The notes below the pieces were generated by a model. That model was not told where the DNA came from and did no database searches. It worked only from the letters and a program-made list of their open reading frames with translations. Below are positions 9,935 to 20,421 of a stretch of 64,000 nucleotides of DNA, piece after piece (position 1 is the first letter of the stretch; each line of letters opens with the position of its first letter). The position numbers and the translations under genes are program-made. Source of the DNA: Alphaproteobacteria bacterium (lineage in GTDB: Bacteria; Pseudomonadota; Alphaproteobacteria; UBA6615); assembly GCA_022449545.1 (NCBI GenBank), contig JAKUPN010000009.1:6764-70763 (forward strand). The letters are read 5' to 3'.

Positions 9935-10909
9935 TTATTTATTTTTTTTCATAAACCAGCCAACAATACCATGTGGAGCTATTGTAACAAATATGACTAA
10001 CAACAGACCTATGATCAATAAATTGATCTCAGACGAAATAGTCACAATAGCAACCTGTTGGACAGTTCCTAATAAAATTGAACCAACCACCGGTCCAATC
10101 CAAGTGAAAGTTCCACCAATCATTGGCATAGCCAATGAGTTCACAGCAAACTCCAAATTAAAAGCCGTGGGCGGATCAACGAATGTGAGATAACTCGGGA
10201 AGACTGCTCCCGCAACTCCCATAAGAGAACCACTTATAACTGTTGCAATTAGTTTAAGTTTTAAGGTCGGTACCCCCATGCATTCGGCAGCCTCTTCATT
10301 ATCTTTGATCGCGTTTAGTCCACGACCTAGTTTGCCAAATTCAACCGTTCTTGCAATCCAGACACTCATAATTGCTAGAGCGCCCATAAGGAAGAATAAA
10401 AATTCCTTATTATTATAGAAAATACCGCCACCTTTTCTATCGACAATTGTTATACCTAGAAGTTCTGGTGTGCGGGGCGGCAAAATTGATACGCCTGCAG
10501 CTCCACCTACGTAGTCCCAGTTGTTAACAAATGTTTCCAGAACAATTGCGATTGCCAATGTCGCAATGGCAAAATAAACCCCCTTCAACCTGAGGGTTAT
10601 ATACCCAATCCCAAGACCTAGAAGACCCGCTAAAGCTCCAGCAACTATGATCTGTTCTATAATACCAGCTCCGTAGAACTGGATCATAGCTATAGCTACG
10701 TAGGTTCCTAAGCCAAGGAAGCCCGCGGTTCCAAAGTTTATGTAACCGCCATATCCACCTAATATATTCCATGCGGTTGAGATGAGTACATATTGTAGGA
10801 TAGCGAAGCCTGCAAAATAATAAAATCTATTGAGCTCTACTTGAGTAATTAGGAAGCAGGCTAACAACGCCACCACACATCCAATTTCAAACCTATAGCG
10901 CATTAACAT
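9935..10909 (-). CDS. livM: HAAT ABC transporter permease
   Basis: WNILGGYGG, LRLKGVYFAIATL, AIKDNEEAAECMGV. Confidence 0.9.
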   Translation of the reverse strand: MLMRYRFEIGCVVALLACFLITQVELNRFYYFAGFAILQYVLISTAWNILGGYGGYINFGTAGFLGLGTYVAIAMIQFYGAGIIEQIIVAGALAGLLGLGIGYITLRLKGVYFAIATLAIAIVLETFVNNWDYVGGAAGVSILPPRTPELLGITIVDRKGGGIFYNNKEFLFFLMGALAIMSVWIARTVEFGKLGRGLNAIKDNEEAAECMGVPTLKLKLIATVISGSLMGVAGAVFPSYLTFVDPPTAFNLEFAVNSLAMPMIGGTFTWIGPVVGSILLGTVQQVAIVTISSEINLLIIGLLLVIFVTIAPHGIVGWFMKKNK

Positions 10910-11805
10910 TACCTTGTATCTCCGGTGCCAAATAACCCGGTCGGTTTAAACGCCAAAACTCCCAATAATATTCCGAAGGAGACCGCCGGTGCCCAAGATG
11001 GGCCAAAGAAGGTTGATACTAAACTCTCAGCTATGCCCAATATTAAAGCGCCCACTAGAGTGCCAGGTATTGAGCCTAGCCCCCCCAGAACAACAATTGC
11101 GAAAACGTTACCAATAAAGAAACGTCCAACCGCTGGCTCTATGGGAATAACTATAATCATAAGCGCCCCAGCCAAACCGCAGGTTGCTAGCCCAAGAGCA
11201 AATGCGATCCGCTTGATCATAACCGGATCGGCTCCCATCAAGGATAAAGCCATCATATCTTGATGCACAGCACTAGTTGCACGACCAAAATATGAACTAT
11301 TGAGATAGTAGGAAATTCCTAAAGTCATGAGACCTGCGATAACAAATGCAGCAAGCAACCTATATGGAATTGAGAACGTCATACCCGTCACAATCGCTGT
11401 AAATGATTCCCCTATATACGGAGCATTTACGAGCCTATGGTCAACGCCAAAGATCATAATCATTACGACCTCTGCTATGAAGAGTAATCCAAAGAAGAAA
11501 GCTAATCCTCTTAAAGCTTCAGCACTCTGTCGTTCAAAGAATTGATAGTAGAGGGAATAAATTCCCATCCCCAACAAGAAAAATACAGGAGTTAATATTA
11601 AGCCAGCTACAATAGGGTCTATTCCAAGCAAGTCATTCAATAAAAATGTACAGAATGCCGCCCCAACTATAAGAGTCGGATGGGCGATATTTACTGCATC
11701 AAGTAGACCAAAGCATATAGAAAGACCTATCGACAACGCAGCAAAAAAGCCTCCCAACAAAATACCGGCTATAAGTGCATTGATTAGCAATTCTAAGAAT
11801 TCCAC
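10909..11805 (-). CDS. livH: HAAT ABC transporter permease
   Basis: GLSICFGLLDAVNIAH, VVLGGLGSIPG, KPTGLFG; GTG start. Confidence 0.9.
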   Translation of the reverse strand: MEFLELLINALIAGILLGGFFAALSIGLSICFGLLDAVNIAHPTLIVGAAFCTFLLNDLLGIDPIVAGLILTPVFFLLGMGIYSLYYQFFERQSAEALRGLAFFFGLLFIAEVVMIMIFGVDHRLVNAPYIGESFTAIVTGMTFSIPYRLLAAFVIAGLMTLGISYYLNSSYFGRATSAVHQDMMALSLMGADPVMIKRIAFALGLATCGLAGALMIIVIPIEPAVGRFFIGNVFAIVVLGGLGSIPGTLVGALILGIAESLVSTFFGPSWAPAVSFGILLGVLAFKPTGLFGTGDTR

Positions 11806-11844
11806 AGCGCCTCACTTATTAAATAATTAAAGTCTCAAAGGAGA

Positions 11845-11871
11845 CCGGGGGGCTATAGAAATAGCCCCCGG
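11845..11871 (-). terminator. GC-rich hairpin between the binding-protein gene and the permeases (partial terminator or mRNA stabiliser)
   Basis: GGGGGCTAT-AGAA-ATAGCCCCC 9-bp stem, extendable by CC/GG across one bulge; a small GTCTC/GAGAC hairpin is adjacent. Confidence 0.65.
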
Positions 11872-11883
11872 CCAATTCGAATA

Positions 11884-13155
11884 CTAACGTAGCGAATTAT
11901 AAGTTTGTGGAGTTCCGGTTTTAATATCCAATGGATACATAATTTTCCGGGTTCCAGGTCTAGCAAATTGTTGCAAATCATTATTTTTAATATTCTGATA
12001 TTGAACAACAATCGTTCGTGTTTCAGACCACTCGCCGAGTGGGGTAAATTTAATCTTACCTACAACGGAAGTGAATTCTGTAGCATGAATATATTTCGCT
12101 ATTGCTTCGTGATCTATTTTACCCACTGCATTTACAGCTTGGCCTAATACATCAAGATAAGCATACGCCCATGGCACTAGGTAGTAGCCTAAGGCATCAG
12201 TTTTAAGACCTTCAGTCTTAACCTTATTTTGATATTTTGCGATTAATTCTGTAGCTCCAGGATATAATGCCATTGTGGGCTCTGGAACGTAGAAGTCATA
12301 GTTTAGAATTCCATTCAAGTTAGGTCCTAAACCAGCCATTAGACCAGAAAACTGAAGGCCTACCATTCCACCGCCTACAGCTTTTGCCTTTGTACCAACT
12401 TCTGCTAATGCACGAACTAAACCAGCTGATCCGTTTGGATAAGAAGCGATGTAAAATACATCAGGCTTTTTAGCATTAACGGCTCTTACTATAGGAGTGA
12501 AGTCGGCCGTCTTGGGCGGATAGTTCTCATTATAAACTATCTTTAGTCCCATATTTTTCGCATTCTTAACAGCGCCTTCTTTCAAGTTACGCGCAAATTC
12601 TGCGTCAGCTGATAGTAATGCAATCGTCTTGGGTTTGAATGTTTTAAGTGCCTCAAACCAGTTGTATGAGAAACCGACCGCTGGATCAGGTCCAGCAGGT
12701 AAAATCTGAAAATACTTATCATATTTCCACTTTTTATTGTTGTTCATACCGAAGAGACCCATAAATACAACGTCTCTATCAATTGCAACTGGCATAGCAG
12801 GTGCTATTAGATTGGTACCATAGCCGCTAACTATAAAGTCAACTTTATCAACGTCGAGCAGCTTAGCATAAATGCCAGGTACGTTTTTAGGGTTAGTCTG
12901 ATCATCATAATAGACAAGCTCCACTTGTCTTCCAATCATTCCACCTTTTGAATTTATGTCGTCTCGCCATATCTTCATAGCTTCAAGTGCCTGCTTACCA
13001 CCACCGGCAAGAGCGCCTGTTAACGCCATACTAAATCCAACCTTTATCGGCTTCGCCTGAGCGGAAGGCGAAAAGGCCGTTGTCAGCGTGAATGCAGCTG
13101 CAAACAAAACACCTAGCAACATCGTGCTTACGCGAAATTTAAGAATTCGGCTCAT
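11884..13155 (-). CDS. HAAT (LivK-like) ABC substrate-binding protein; start re-assigned to ATG 13155
   Basis: SD AGGGAGG precedes MSRILKFR; signal peptide ending AQA; IKVGFSMALTG, YYDDQTNP, SGYGTN motifs. Confidence 0.9.
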   Translation of the reverse strand: MSRILKFRVSTMLLGVLFAAAFTLTTAFSPSAQAKPIKVGFSMALTGALAGGGKQALEAMKIWRDDINSKGGMIGRQVELVYYDDQTNPKNVPGIYAKLLDVDKVDFIVSGYGTNLIAPAMPVAIDRDVVFMGLFGMNNNKKWKYDKYFQILPAGPDPAVGFSYNWFEALKTFKPKTIALLSADAEFARNLKEGAVKNAKNMGLKIVYNENYPPKTADFTPIVRAVNAKKPDVFYIASYPNGSAGLVRALAEVGTKAKAVGGGMVGLQFSGLMAGLGPNLNGILNYDFYVPEPTMALYPGATELIAKYQNKVKTEGLKTDALGYYLVPWAYAYLDVLGQAVNAVGKIDHEAIAKYIHATEFTSVVGKIKFTPLGEWSETRTIVVQYQNIKNNDLQQFARPGTRKIMYPLDIKTGTPQTYNSLR

Positions 13156-13490
13156 TAATAGCCCCTCCCTGTTAGTTAGCCACACAGTGTACTGACTGAG
13201 CCTGAGTGGCCCCTGTAAATGTATTAAATTAAACTTTGTAACATAATCAACGGTAGCTAATTTAAAGCCAGCCCTAATACAAAGGACCGACTTTTTGCAA
13301 TACAATTCAAGTTTTTCAGTTTAATGATGCATGGAATTATGCAATTGGGCAAGCCTTATAGAGATATTTTTTGTAATAATAGATTAATATGAACTGCGAT
13401 TATTGCACTATTTCCTTCTACATCTTAGGCTAAACAAGCGAAATCTATCAATTTTAATGAATGTTTTTAATAAATTAGGATTAGTTAAAA

Positions 13491-14357
13491 ATGCCTCAAT
13501 ACAAATTAAATGATCGCATTATCATAGTAACCGGTGCCGGAAGAGGACTCGGCCGTGCGATGACGGAAGCTCTAACCGAGGCAGGAGCTAATGTGATAGC
13601 TGCTGCTCACATAAGCAATGATTTTGCTGATCTTAAAGAATCGTGCAAGGAAAATCCGGGAGAGGTTTATTGCCACGAAGCAGATATCAGAAATGCTGAT
13701 GAATGTGACAAAATTATATCTGTTGCAAAAGATGTTTATGGAGGACTTCATGGATTGGTAAATAACGCCGGCTTAACGTTTACATATATTTGGCCTGATA
13801 TGTTCCGACGAAAAGAATGGACAGAACACCAGCATTTTCCTGCTTTCTATGAAGCTAAAGACGAAATAATAGAAAATGTTATGACTACAAATTTTATAGG
13901 AGCTGATAGGCTAGCCAGACGAGCCGCACCAATAATGATAGAACAGGGCTGGGGGCGAATAATAAATGTCACCACTATGTATACCACAATGACAAGACGC
14001 GGAGCTTCACCATATGGCCCCTCTAAAGCTGCATTAGAATGTGCAACTGAGATTTGGCATCAAGACCTAGAAGGTACTGGAGTTACAGTTAATATACTTA
14101 ATCCCGGTGCAGGTGCTGCTACTCCTGGCATGGCGGAAGAGATGAAACAAATGAGCAGAGAAGCTGATACACCAATACTTATTGAACCAGAACAATATAA
14201 GGCACCTATCGTTTGGTTGATGTCAGACGCAACCGATGGGATAAGTGGTATGAGGTATGATGCTAAACCGTGGGATGATTCTAAACCCAGCCCTCAGGAA
14301 GGTGAAAGAATAGGCGCGAAAGCTGGCGTATTACTCTATTCTAAATCAGATTACTAA
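13491..14357 (+). CDS. Short-chain dehydrogenase/reductase
   Basis: TGAGRGLG, NNAG, YGPSK catalytic motif. Confidence 0.92.
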   Translation: MPQYKLNDRIIIVTGAGRGLGRAMTEALTEAGANVIAAAHISNDFADLKESCKENPGEVYCHEADIRNADECDKIISVAKDVYGGLHGLVNNAGLTFTYIWPDMFRRKEWTEHQHFPAFYEAKDEIIENVMTTNFIGADRLARRAAPIMIEQGWGRIINVTTMYTTMTRRGASPYGPSKAALECATEIWHQDLEGTGVTVNILNPGAGAATPGMAEEMKQMSREADTPILIEPEQYKAPIVWLMSDATDGISGMRYDAKPWDDSKPSPQEGERIGAKAGVLLYSKSDY

Positions 14358-14412
14358 ACACTTTACCAACTTAATCCCTTTTAAAATAAGCCCTATAAAA
14401 GGGCCCAAATTT

Positions 14413-15588
14413 TTGGGTCCATTAACGTTACTTATCCTGACACAATCAATGATTTCTTGGGGTGTTTTTGCTCCCCCTGTAGTTGCAATGCAGGCGCTAC
14501 CAGATATCGGCCTTAATCCTATATGGATTGGAGGCCAACCAAGCATTGTTTTTATAGCAGCCATGATAATTGGAGTTTTGGCAAGTTCCTGGGTTGCTAA
14601 AATTAATCCGATGCGTGCAACTCAGATTTTTGTGTTTTGCACAGCCGTCGGTGTAATCCTTATATCTACTGGCCATATAGTTTCTTTTATTGTTGGGTCT
14701 GCTTTAATTGGAACAGCCTTGGGGCCAGCAACTCCCGCAAGCTCACATATACTAGCAAGGGTCACACCAGAGAATTTACAACCTCTCGTGTTCTCAATAA
14801 GACAGTCCTCGGTCCCATTAGGAGGCGTTTTAGCAGGAGTAATAACTCCATTATTGATGGAACAATGGGGTTGGCAAATATCCCTTATGACTATTGCTAT
14901 CCCCTGCCTAGTCTCTATAGCGATAGTAGAAATTTGGGTTAAATCATATAATGTTCATGCCATATCTCAGGACAAACATTCAATAAATTTTATAGAACCA
15001 ATAAAATTAGTTTTATCCATTCCATCCCTTAAATGGCTAACTCTGGGAATGATGCCACTTGTCATAGCGCAATACTCGTTAACAACGTTTATCGTAATTT
15101 ACCTGCAAAAAGATATTAATCTTTCAGTCATAACTGCTGGTTGGGTTTTAGGAATAGCTCAAGCAGCAGGTGCTGGCGGTAGAATATTATTTGGTTTATT
15201 AGCAGTTAAATTTGCACACCCGTTAATAGTCTTAATTTGTCTATCCGCTTTAGCATCTATTTCTTCAATCCTAACATCATTGCAAACCGAATATTGGGCC
15301 TTAGGAATAATCTTTTTAGTTGGTGCTATATTTGGTGCCAGTGCTGCTGGATGGAATGGAGTTTTTCTTGCGGAAACTGCCAGGCAATCACCCGGCGGAA
15401 CTGTGAGTAAGGTAACAGGTGGAGTTACGTTTTTTATTTTTGGCGCATTAGTATTAGGTCCTGCAGGATTCGCCTTTCTAATTGAACAAACTAGTTTTGC
15501 ATTCTCATATACACTGATTGGCATCACTCTTATTATAAGTATTTATAGTTTCATTAGGTGTTACAAAGAAATCAAATCAAAGAAATGA
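14413..15588 (+). CDS. MFS transporter
   Basis: About 12 hydrophobic segments; TPASSHIL, FSIRQSSVPLGG, GWNGVFLAE; TTG start uncertain. Confidence 0.88.
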   Translation: MGPLTLLILTQSMISWGVFAPPVVAMQALPDIGLNPIWIGGQPSIVFIAAMIIGVLASSWVAKINPMRATQIFVFCTAVGVILISTGHIVSFIVGSALIGTALGPATPASSHILARVTPENLQPLVFSIRQSSVPLGGVLAGVITPLLMEQWGWQISLMTIAIPCLVSIAIVEIWVKSYNVHAISQDKHSINFIEPIKLVLSIPSLKWLTLGMMPLVIAQYSLTTFIVIYLQKDINLSVITAGWVLGIAQAAGAGGRILFGLLAVKFAHPLIVLICLSALASISSILTSLQTEYWALGIIFLVGAIFGASAAGWNGVFLAETARQSPGGTVSKVTGGVTFFIFGALVLGPAGFAFLIEQTSFAFSYTLIGITLIISIYSFIRCYKEIKSKK

Positions 15589-15611
15589 AGAATTTGTATA
15601 ATACGTGAACA

Positions 15612-17168
15612 CTATATGCGACGACCCTGATCTTTCCAAAAATGATCCCTTATATCCTTTTTGCGCACTTTACCCACGGCACTCCTAGGCAATTCATCCC
15701 AAAACTCTATGGTTTTAGGAGTTTTAACACCACCTAGCTCTTCCCTACACAGCTCAATAATTTCCGACTCTTCAAGATCGCTTCCAGATTTCAATTCTAT
15801 AACTGCAGTAACAGCCTCGCCCCATTTGTCATCCGGTATACCAATAACCGCGCAATCCTGGACTGATGGATGAGTCCAGATAACCTGTTCTATTTCACTA
15901 GGATAAATATTAAAGCCACCGGAAATTATCATATCTTTTTTTCTATCGACAATATAAATATAGCCATCCTCATCCTTGTGACCAATATCACCTGTGCGAT
16001 GCCAACCATTACTTGTGGTCACTTCTTCAGTCGCTTCCTTATTTTTATAATAACCAGCCATCACCAAACGCCCACGGACTACAATCTCTCCGCTTTCACC
16101 GGGCGGTAAGATCTTTTCATCATCATCCATGATCTCAACAGGGGTTAAAATAGAGGGCTGACCACAGCTAGACAATCGATGCACCTTATTTGTTTCTAAA
16201 GCTTCAATATGGTCTTCAGGAGAAAAAAAAGTACAAATCATTGGAGCTTCGGCTTGTCCATAGGTCTGTGTCATTACCGGACCAAAAACATCTATGGCCT
16301 CCCTCAGTTTTTCAACAGACATCGGTGCCGCAGCGTAAATAAAATACTCAAGTGAAGAATAATCGTAATTACGTACATCGGGATGAGCTAACATAATGTA
16401 TATTGCCGTTGGAGGCAGAAATAAATGAGTAACATCATAGGTCTCAATTTTTTCCATTAAGCCTGGTAGCTCCACTCCATTCATAATGACATTAGTTGCC
16501 CCATACCCCATCATACTTAGCGCGACACACCCAGCCGCATGAGTCATAGGAGCTGCACATAAGTGCACGGGCGGTTTTTTTAGAGGCAGATGAACCATCC
16601 ATTCAGAAACAAGTGTTTCAAATACATCATTCGTCCATAATATACCTTTTGGTTGGCCTGTTGTTCCACCAGAAGAGAATATTCCGCAAATATCCGATGG
16701 ATCGTCTGGATATGGTTCAACTTCACCGTGATGGTTAAAAATGAAATCATCTAGCGATGGATCATCCGACACAACTTTGTCCAAGCAAACAAAATTCTTT
16801 ATCCCAGGACATTCATTTTTTATTACCTGAACGTTCTCTTCGAATGAAGAATGATAAAAAAGAAACTCAGCATCATTATGATTTAATATAAAACAATTTT
16901 CTTTTATTGCATTTCTTGCATTTAAGGGGACCCAGACACCACCAGCTCTATATAAGCCTAATAATGATTCAAAAGCACCAGGATGATTCGGACTGTATAT
17001 AGCTGCGTTTTGTTTATACTCAAACCCCACTGAGTGCATAGCCAAAGCAATTCGATGAGATTTTATTTGTTTCTCACGATATGTAGGTTCGTATCCATTT
17101 TCGGAAACCATAAAAGCCCTTTTTGGGTAAAGAAGCGCACCTCTGTCAAAAAAATCAATTACCCTCAT
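15612..17168 (-). CDS. Acyl-CoA synthetase / AMP-binding enzyme (class I adenylate-forming)
   Basis: SSGGTTGQPKG, YGQAE, TGDIG, DRKKDMIISGGFNIYPSEIE, LPRSAVGK. Confidence 0.93.
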   Translation of the reverse strand: MRVIDFFDRGALLYPKRAFMVSENGYEPTYREKQIKSHRIALAMHSVGFEYKQNAAIYSPNHPGAFESLLGLYRAGGVWVPLNARNAIKENCFILNHNDAEFLFYHSSFEENVQVIKNECPGIKNFVCLDKVVSDDPSLDDFIFNHHGEVEPYPDDPSDICGIFSSGGTTGQPKGILWTNDVFETLVSEWMVHLPLKKPPVHLCAAPMTHAAGCVALSMMGYGATNVIMNGVELPGLMEKIETYDVTHLFLPPTAIYIMLAHPDVRNYDYSSLEYFIYAAAPMSVEKLREAIDVFGPVMTQTYGQAEAPMICTFFSPEDHIEALETNKVHRLSSCGQPSILTPVEIMDDDEKILPPGESGEIVVRGRLVMAGYYKNKEATEEVTTSNGWHRTGDIGHKDEDGYIYIVDRKKDMIISGGFNIYPSEIEQVIWTHPSVQDCAVIGIPDDKWGEAVTAVIELKSGSDLEESEIIELCREELGGVKTPKTIEFWDELPRSAVGKVRKKDIRDHFWKDQGRRI

Positions 17169-17206
17169 AACTAATATTCTCCAAAGTGTTCTAGAACGAA
17201 ATTAGT

Positions 17207-18442
17207 TTACTGCCGACTGAGAATACTCAAACACGCCACTGCCTCTTCGATCCCATGGAATCCGCCTCCATTTTCTGCAATAGCTATCTTTGCATCTTCT
17301 ACCTGTCTTTTTCCCGCTTCACCTCTCAGCTGCAAAACAAGCTCATATATCTGAGCTAACCCAGTTGCGCCAACAGGATGTCCCTTAGATTCCAATCCGC
17401 CTGAAGGATTAACAGGAATACTGCCACCCAAAGTGGTGGCGCCGGATAATGTCATCGGTCCTCCCTCACCAAAATCACAGAAACCTAGATTCTCTATTTG
17501 CTGAATTTCAGCAAAGGCAGTGGCATCATGTACTTCCGCAACGTCCATATCGGATGGCTCGAAACCAGTTTCTTCATATGCCTGCATGGCAGCTAAATGT
17601 GTTACGTGCTTATCCGCCTGTTCGGGTTTTCGATCACTTCCAGTTCGAAGTACAGTCGTTTCAAGCTTAATAGCTCTTGTCTGATCAAACCGCCCAAGAT
17701 CTTCTTCTCTACACAATATGGCAGCCGCCGCCCCATCTGAAATAGGAGAACACATAGGTAATGTTAGCGGCCAGCTTATTTTTCTCGCAGACATTACCTC
17801 TTCGACTGAAATAGGGTTTCTGTACTGTGACAATGGGTTATATTGTGAATGATAATGATTTTTAGAGGCTACAGCAGCAATTTGCTCATAAGAGGTTCCG
17901 TAGGTTTTCATATGGTATTTTGCTAATGCTGCGTATACATCCATAAATATACTACGTTCACCAGAATCATGACTTCCTTCCGGATCATCAATGCCCGCAC
18001 CTAACTCAAGTAACAAAGCAGACGCCGCTTTGCTGTTATGAACATCCCACCCTCCATCAAAAACACTAAACATTTTTTCTCTATCTTCGTGGAACATCTT
18101 TTCAACACCTATGGCTAGGGCAACCCCCCCTCGCCCAGCTTTAAGCCAGGTCGAAGCCATATCTAGAGCAGTGGAAGCACTTGCGCATGCATTCTCAACG
18201 TTAATCACTGGTATACTTTCGATTCCCATAGACCTGAGAGCAATTTCTCCAGGAATGGTTGCCTGACCTTCTAGAACTGATTGTGCCGCGTTAGCAAAGT
18301 AAGCCACCTCAATATCTTCTAGAACAGCTTTGGCATCCCCCAAAGCATCATTAACAACAATATTCGTCATCTCCTTAATGGATCGATTAAGATACTTTCC
18401 GAAGGAAGTCATACCGACACCAACAACATAAATATTAGTCAT
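17207..18442 (-). CDS. Thiolase family protein (SCP2-thiolase type)
   Basis: ENACASAS, EVHDA, NPSGGLESKGHPVGATG, ENGGG. Confidence 0.92.
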   Translation of the reverse strand: MTNIYVVGVGMTSFGKYLNRSIKEMTNIVVNDALGDAKAVLEDIEVAYFANAAQSVLEGQATIPGEIALRSMGIESIPVINVENACASASTALDMASTWLKAGRGGVALAIGVEKMFHEDREKMFSVFDGGWDVHNSKAASALLLELGAGIDDPEGSHDSGERSIFMDVYAALAKYHMKTYGTSYEQIAAVASKNHYHSQYNPLSQYRNPISVEEVMSARKISWPLTLPMCSPISDGAAAAILCREEDLGRFDQTRAIKLETTVLRTGSDRKPEQADKHVTHLAAMQAYEETGFEPSDMDVAEVHDATAFAEIQQIENLGFCDFGEGGPMTLSGATTLGGSIPVNPSGGLESKGHPVGATGLAQIYELVLQLRGEAGKRQVEDAKIAIAENGGGFHGIEEAVACLSILSRQ

Positions 18443-18516
18443 CTCTTAATTCTCTTTTTTGTAAAAATGAAAAGAACTCAAAATAACAGATCTGATAAAA
18501 TTTAATGTTTATTCAA

Positions 18517-19494
18517 TTATGGAATAAGAATACTAATACCCGTAGTTTTTCGTGATTCAACATCTTTATGAAGTTGCACAACATCTTTCATCGGATAGCG
18601 CTGATTTATATTGAGCTTTATCTTCCCACTCCTAATCATTGAAAATACTCTTTTTGCGCTATGTAACCTATCTTGTGGCGATGCAGCATAATTAAAAAGA
18701 GAAGCTCTCACAATAAATGGGGCACGCCCCATAAATCTAGGCTCATTAAGATTAACTGGGGGTATAGGACCTGACGCTCCGCCAAAGCTAGCTAGTAATC
18801 CTCTATCTCTAAGACATGAAAGAGAAGTTTCCCAAGTGTCTTTTCCTACGGGGTCATAAATAACATCTACGCCTTTTTTCTTAGTCAATCGCATCACCTG
18901 CTTGACTACATCCTGCCGAGATGTGTTTATAGAGTAGTGAGCGCCAGCCTTAATAATTTCTTTACATTTTGAGGCAGAAGATGCGGTACCTATGACAATT
19001 GCCCCCATAGACTTAGCCCACTGACAAAGCATCAGCCCTACACCTCCGGCTGCTGAATGCATAAGGACCACTTCTCCCTTTCGGATTTTATGAACACGCT
19101 CAACGAGCATTTCAACAGTCATCCCCTTGAGATGAGTAGCAGCTGCTTCCTCATCAGAAACACCTCTTGGAATTGGGATACATATAGTTGAAGGAACATT
19201 CTGGGCATCAGAGTAAGTTCCTACTTTGCCTATATAGACTACGCGCTGTCCTAATTTTACATTTTTAACGCCCCTGCCAACTGCTTCAACAATACCCGAT
19301 GCTTCTGAACCAATTCCAGTTGGCATTTCTAACGGATAACGACCTGATCGATGATTACAATCTATAAAGTTAAACCCTACCGCAGTGTGGCGAACTGTAA
19401 CTTCATTTCTTCCAGGTTTAGGTAAATCTATGGTTTTCCATTTCATTACCGAGGGGCCCCCATGTTTGGCTATTTGTATGGCTTTAATTTGCAT
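18517..19494 (-). CDS. qor: NADPH:quinone oxidoreductase (zeta-crystallin-like MDR); start re-assigned to ATG 19494
   Basis: GFNFID, GSEASG, LKGMT, HSAAGGVG, VIYDPVGKDT, RKTTG. Confidence 0.88.
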   Translation of the reverse strand: MQIKAIQIAKHGGPSVMKWKTIDLPKPGRNEVTVRHTAVGFNFIDCNHRSGRYPLEMPTGIGSEASGIVEAVGRGVKNVKLGQRVVYIGKVGTYSDAQNVPSTICIPIPRGVSDEEAAATHLKGMTVEMLVERVHKIRKGEVVLMHSAAGGVGLMLCQWAKSMGAIVIGTASSASKCKEIIKAGAHYSINTSRQDVVKQVMRLTKKKGVDVIYDPVGKDTWETSLSCLRDRGLLASFGGASGPIPPVNLNEPRFMGRAPFIVRASLFNYAASPQDRLHSAKRVFSMIRSGKIKLNINQRYPMKDVVQLHKDVESRKTTGISILIP

Positions 19495-19516
19495 TTTTAT
19501 TTCCTTATTTATTTTA

Positions 19517-20269
19517 TTATCCGGAAGTTCGCCCAGCATCTACCTTCAGCAAGGTTCCGGTCATATGAGGGGCCTCGTCACTAAGAGCAAAAGATACTAG
19601 AGCGGCCAATTCATCTGGCTCAACCAACTCGTCCATTGGCACATATTTTAGTCCTCTTGAGGCATACTCAGGCCCACCAACCATCAAAGCTTGCGTTCTG
19701 GTTACTCCTGGCACAACAGTGTTACACCTAATTTTATCTTCTGCTAGTTCTATAGCCAAAGCACGCATTAGTTGATGCACGCCTCCTTTGCTAGCCGTAT
19801 AGGGTATCATTCCCGGTATTGGTCTTATGGCTGTCGACGATCCAGTGGCTAACAATGAGCCCCCTTCTCCTTGAGCAAGTAATACTTTAAGTGTTTCCTG
19901 AAGAGTTAGGAATACACCGGTCAAATTAACATCCAATACTCGATTCCAGTCTTCCAGATCCATTTCAGCAAAAGAGGTTTGCTTTACAAAAGCCCCAGCA
20001 TTTGCAACTACACCATCCAAACGACCGAACCTATCAACAGTTGCAGCCACCATGTCCCTAACCTGTTCCTGATTGGTGACGTCAGTAGGTTTTGCAAAAC
20101 CTTCTCCAGAATAATTTGACATAGTGGATACAGTGTCATTAAGTCCATCGCTATTAAGTCCGGCAACAACCACTTTTGCACCATCGCGTGCTGCTCGAAG
20201 CGCAATAGCCTGACCAATTCCCGACTCACCACCAGTAACCATAAAGACTTTACCAGTTAAATCACTCAT
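19517..20269 (-). CDS. Short-chain dehydrogenase/reductase
   Basis: TGGESGIG, ANAG, YTASK. Confidence 0.92.
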   Translation of the reverse strand: MSDLTGKVFMVTGGESGIGQAIALRAARDGAKVVVAGLNSDGLNDTVSTMSNYSGEGFAKPTDVTNQEQVRDMVAATVDRFGRLDGVVANAGAFVKQTSFAEMDLEDWNRVLDVNLTGVFLTLQETLKVLLAQGEGGSLLATGSSTAIRPIPGMIPYTASKGGVHQLMRALAIELAEDKIRCNTVVPGVTRTQALMVGGPEYASRGLKYVPMDELVEPDELAALVSFALSDEAPHMTGTLLKVDAGRTSG

Positions 20270-20421
20270 TGTTTCCCCTCTTGTTCGCTATTAATAGCCA
20301 TCCAACTTGTAGCTGTATTATCTTTTCTACTTGAAACTAGAATAGTATTTAATAAAACAACACTTAATTATATAATTAAAACTCTTGATAATATCAAAAT
20401 ATTCAAAATTGGACCTTCCTA

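Noticed and set aside
13156-13305. N-terminal extension of the binding protein, or a riboswitch in its leader
   Set aside because: A strong SD and signal peptide support ATG 13155. The leader has only a modest GGCCAC/GTGGCT stem and no riboswitch consensus I can recognise.
1-18442. Anaerobic indoleacetate (iaa)-type pathway suggested by hydantoinase, Mo-hydroxylase, CoA ligase and thiolase
   Set aside because: The genes are scattered on different strands, and the B12-dependent mutase and Mo-enzyme small subunits are missing.
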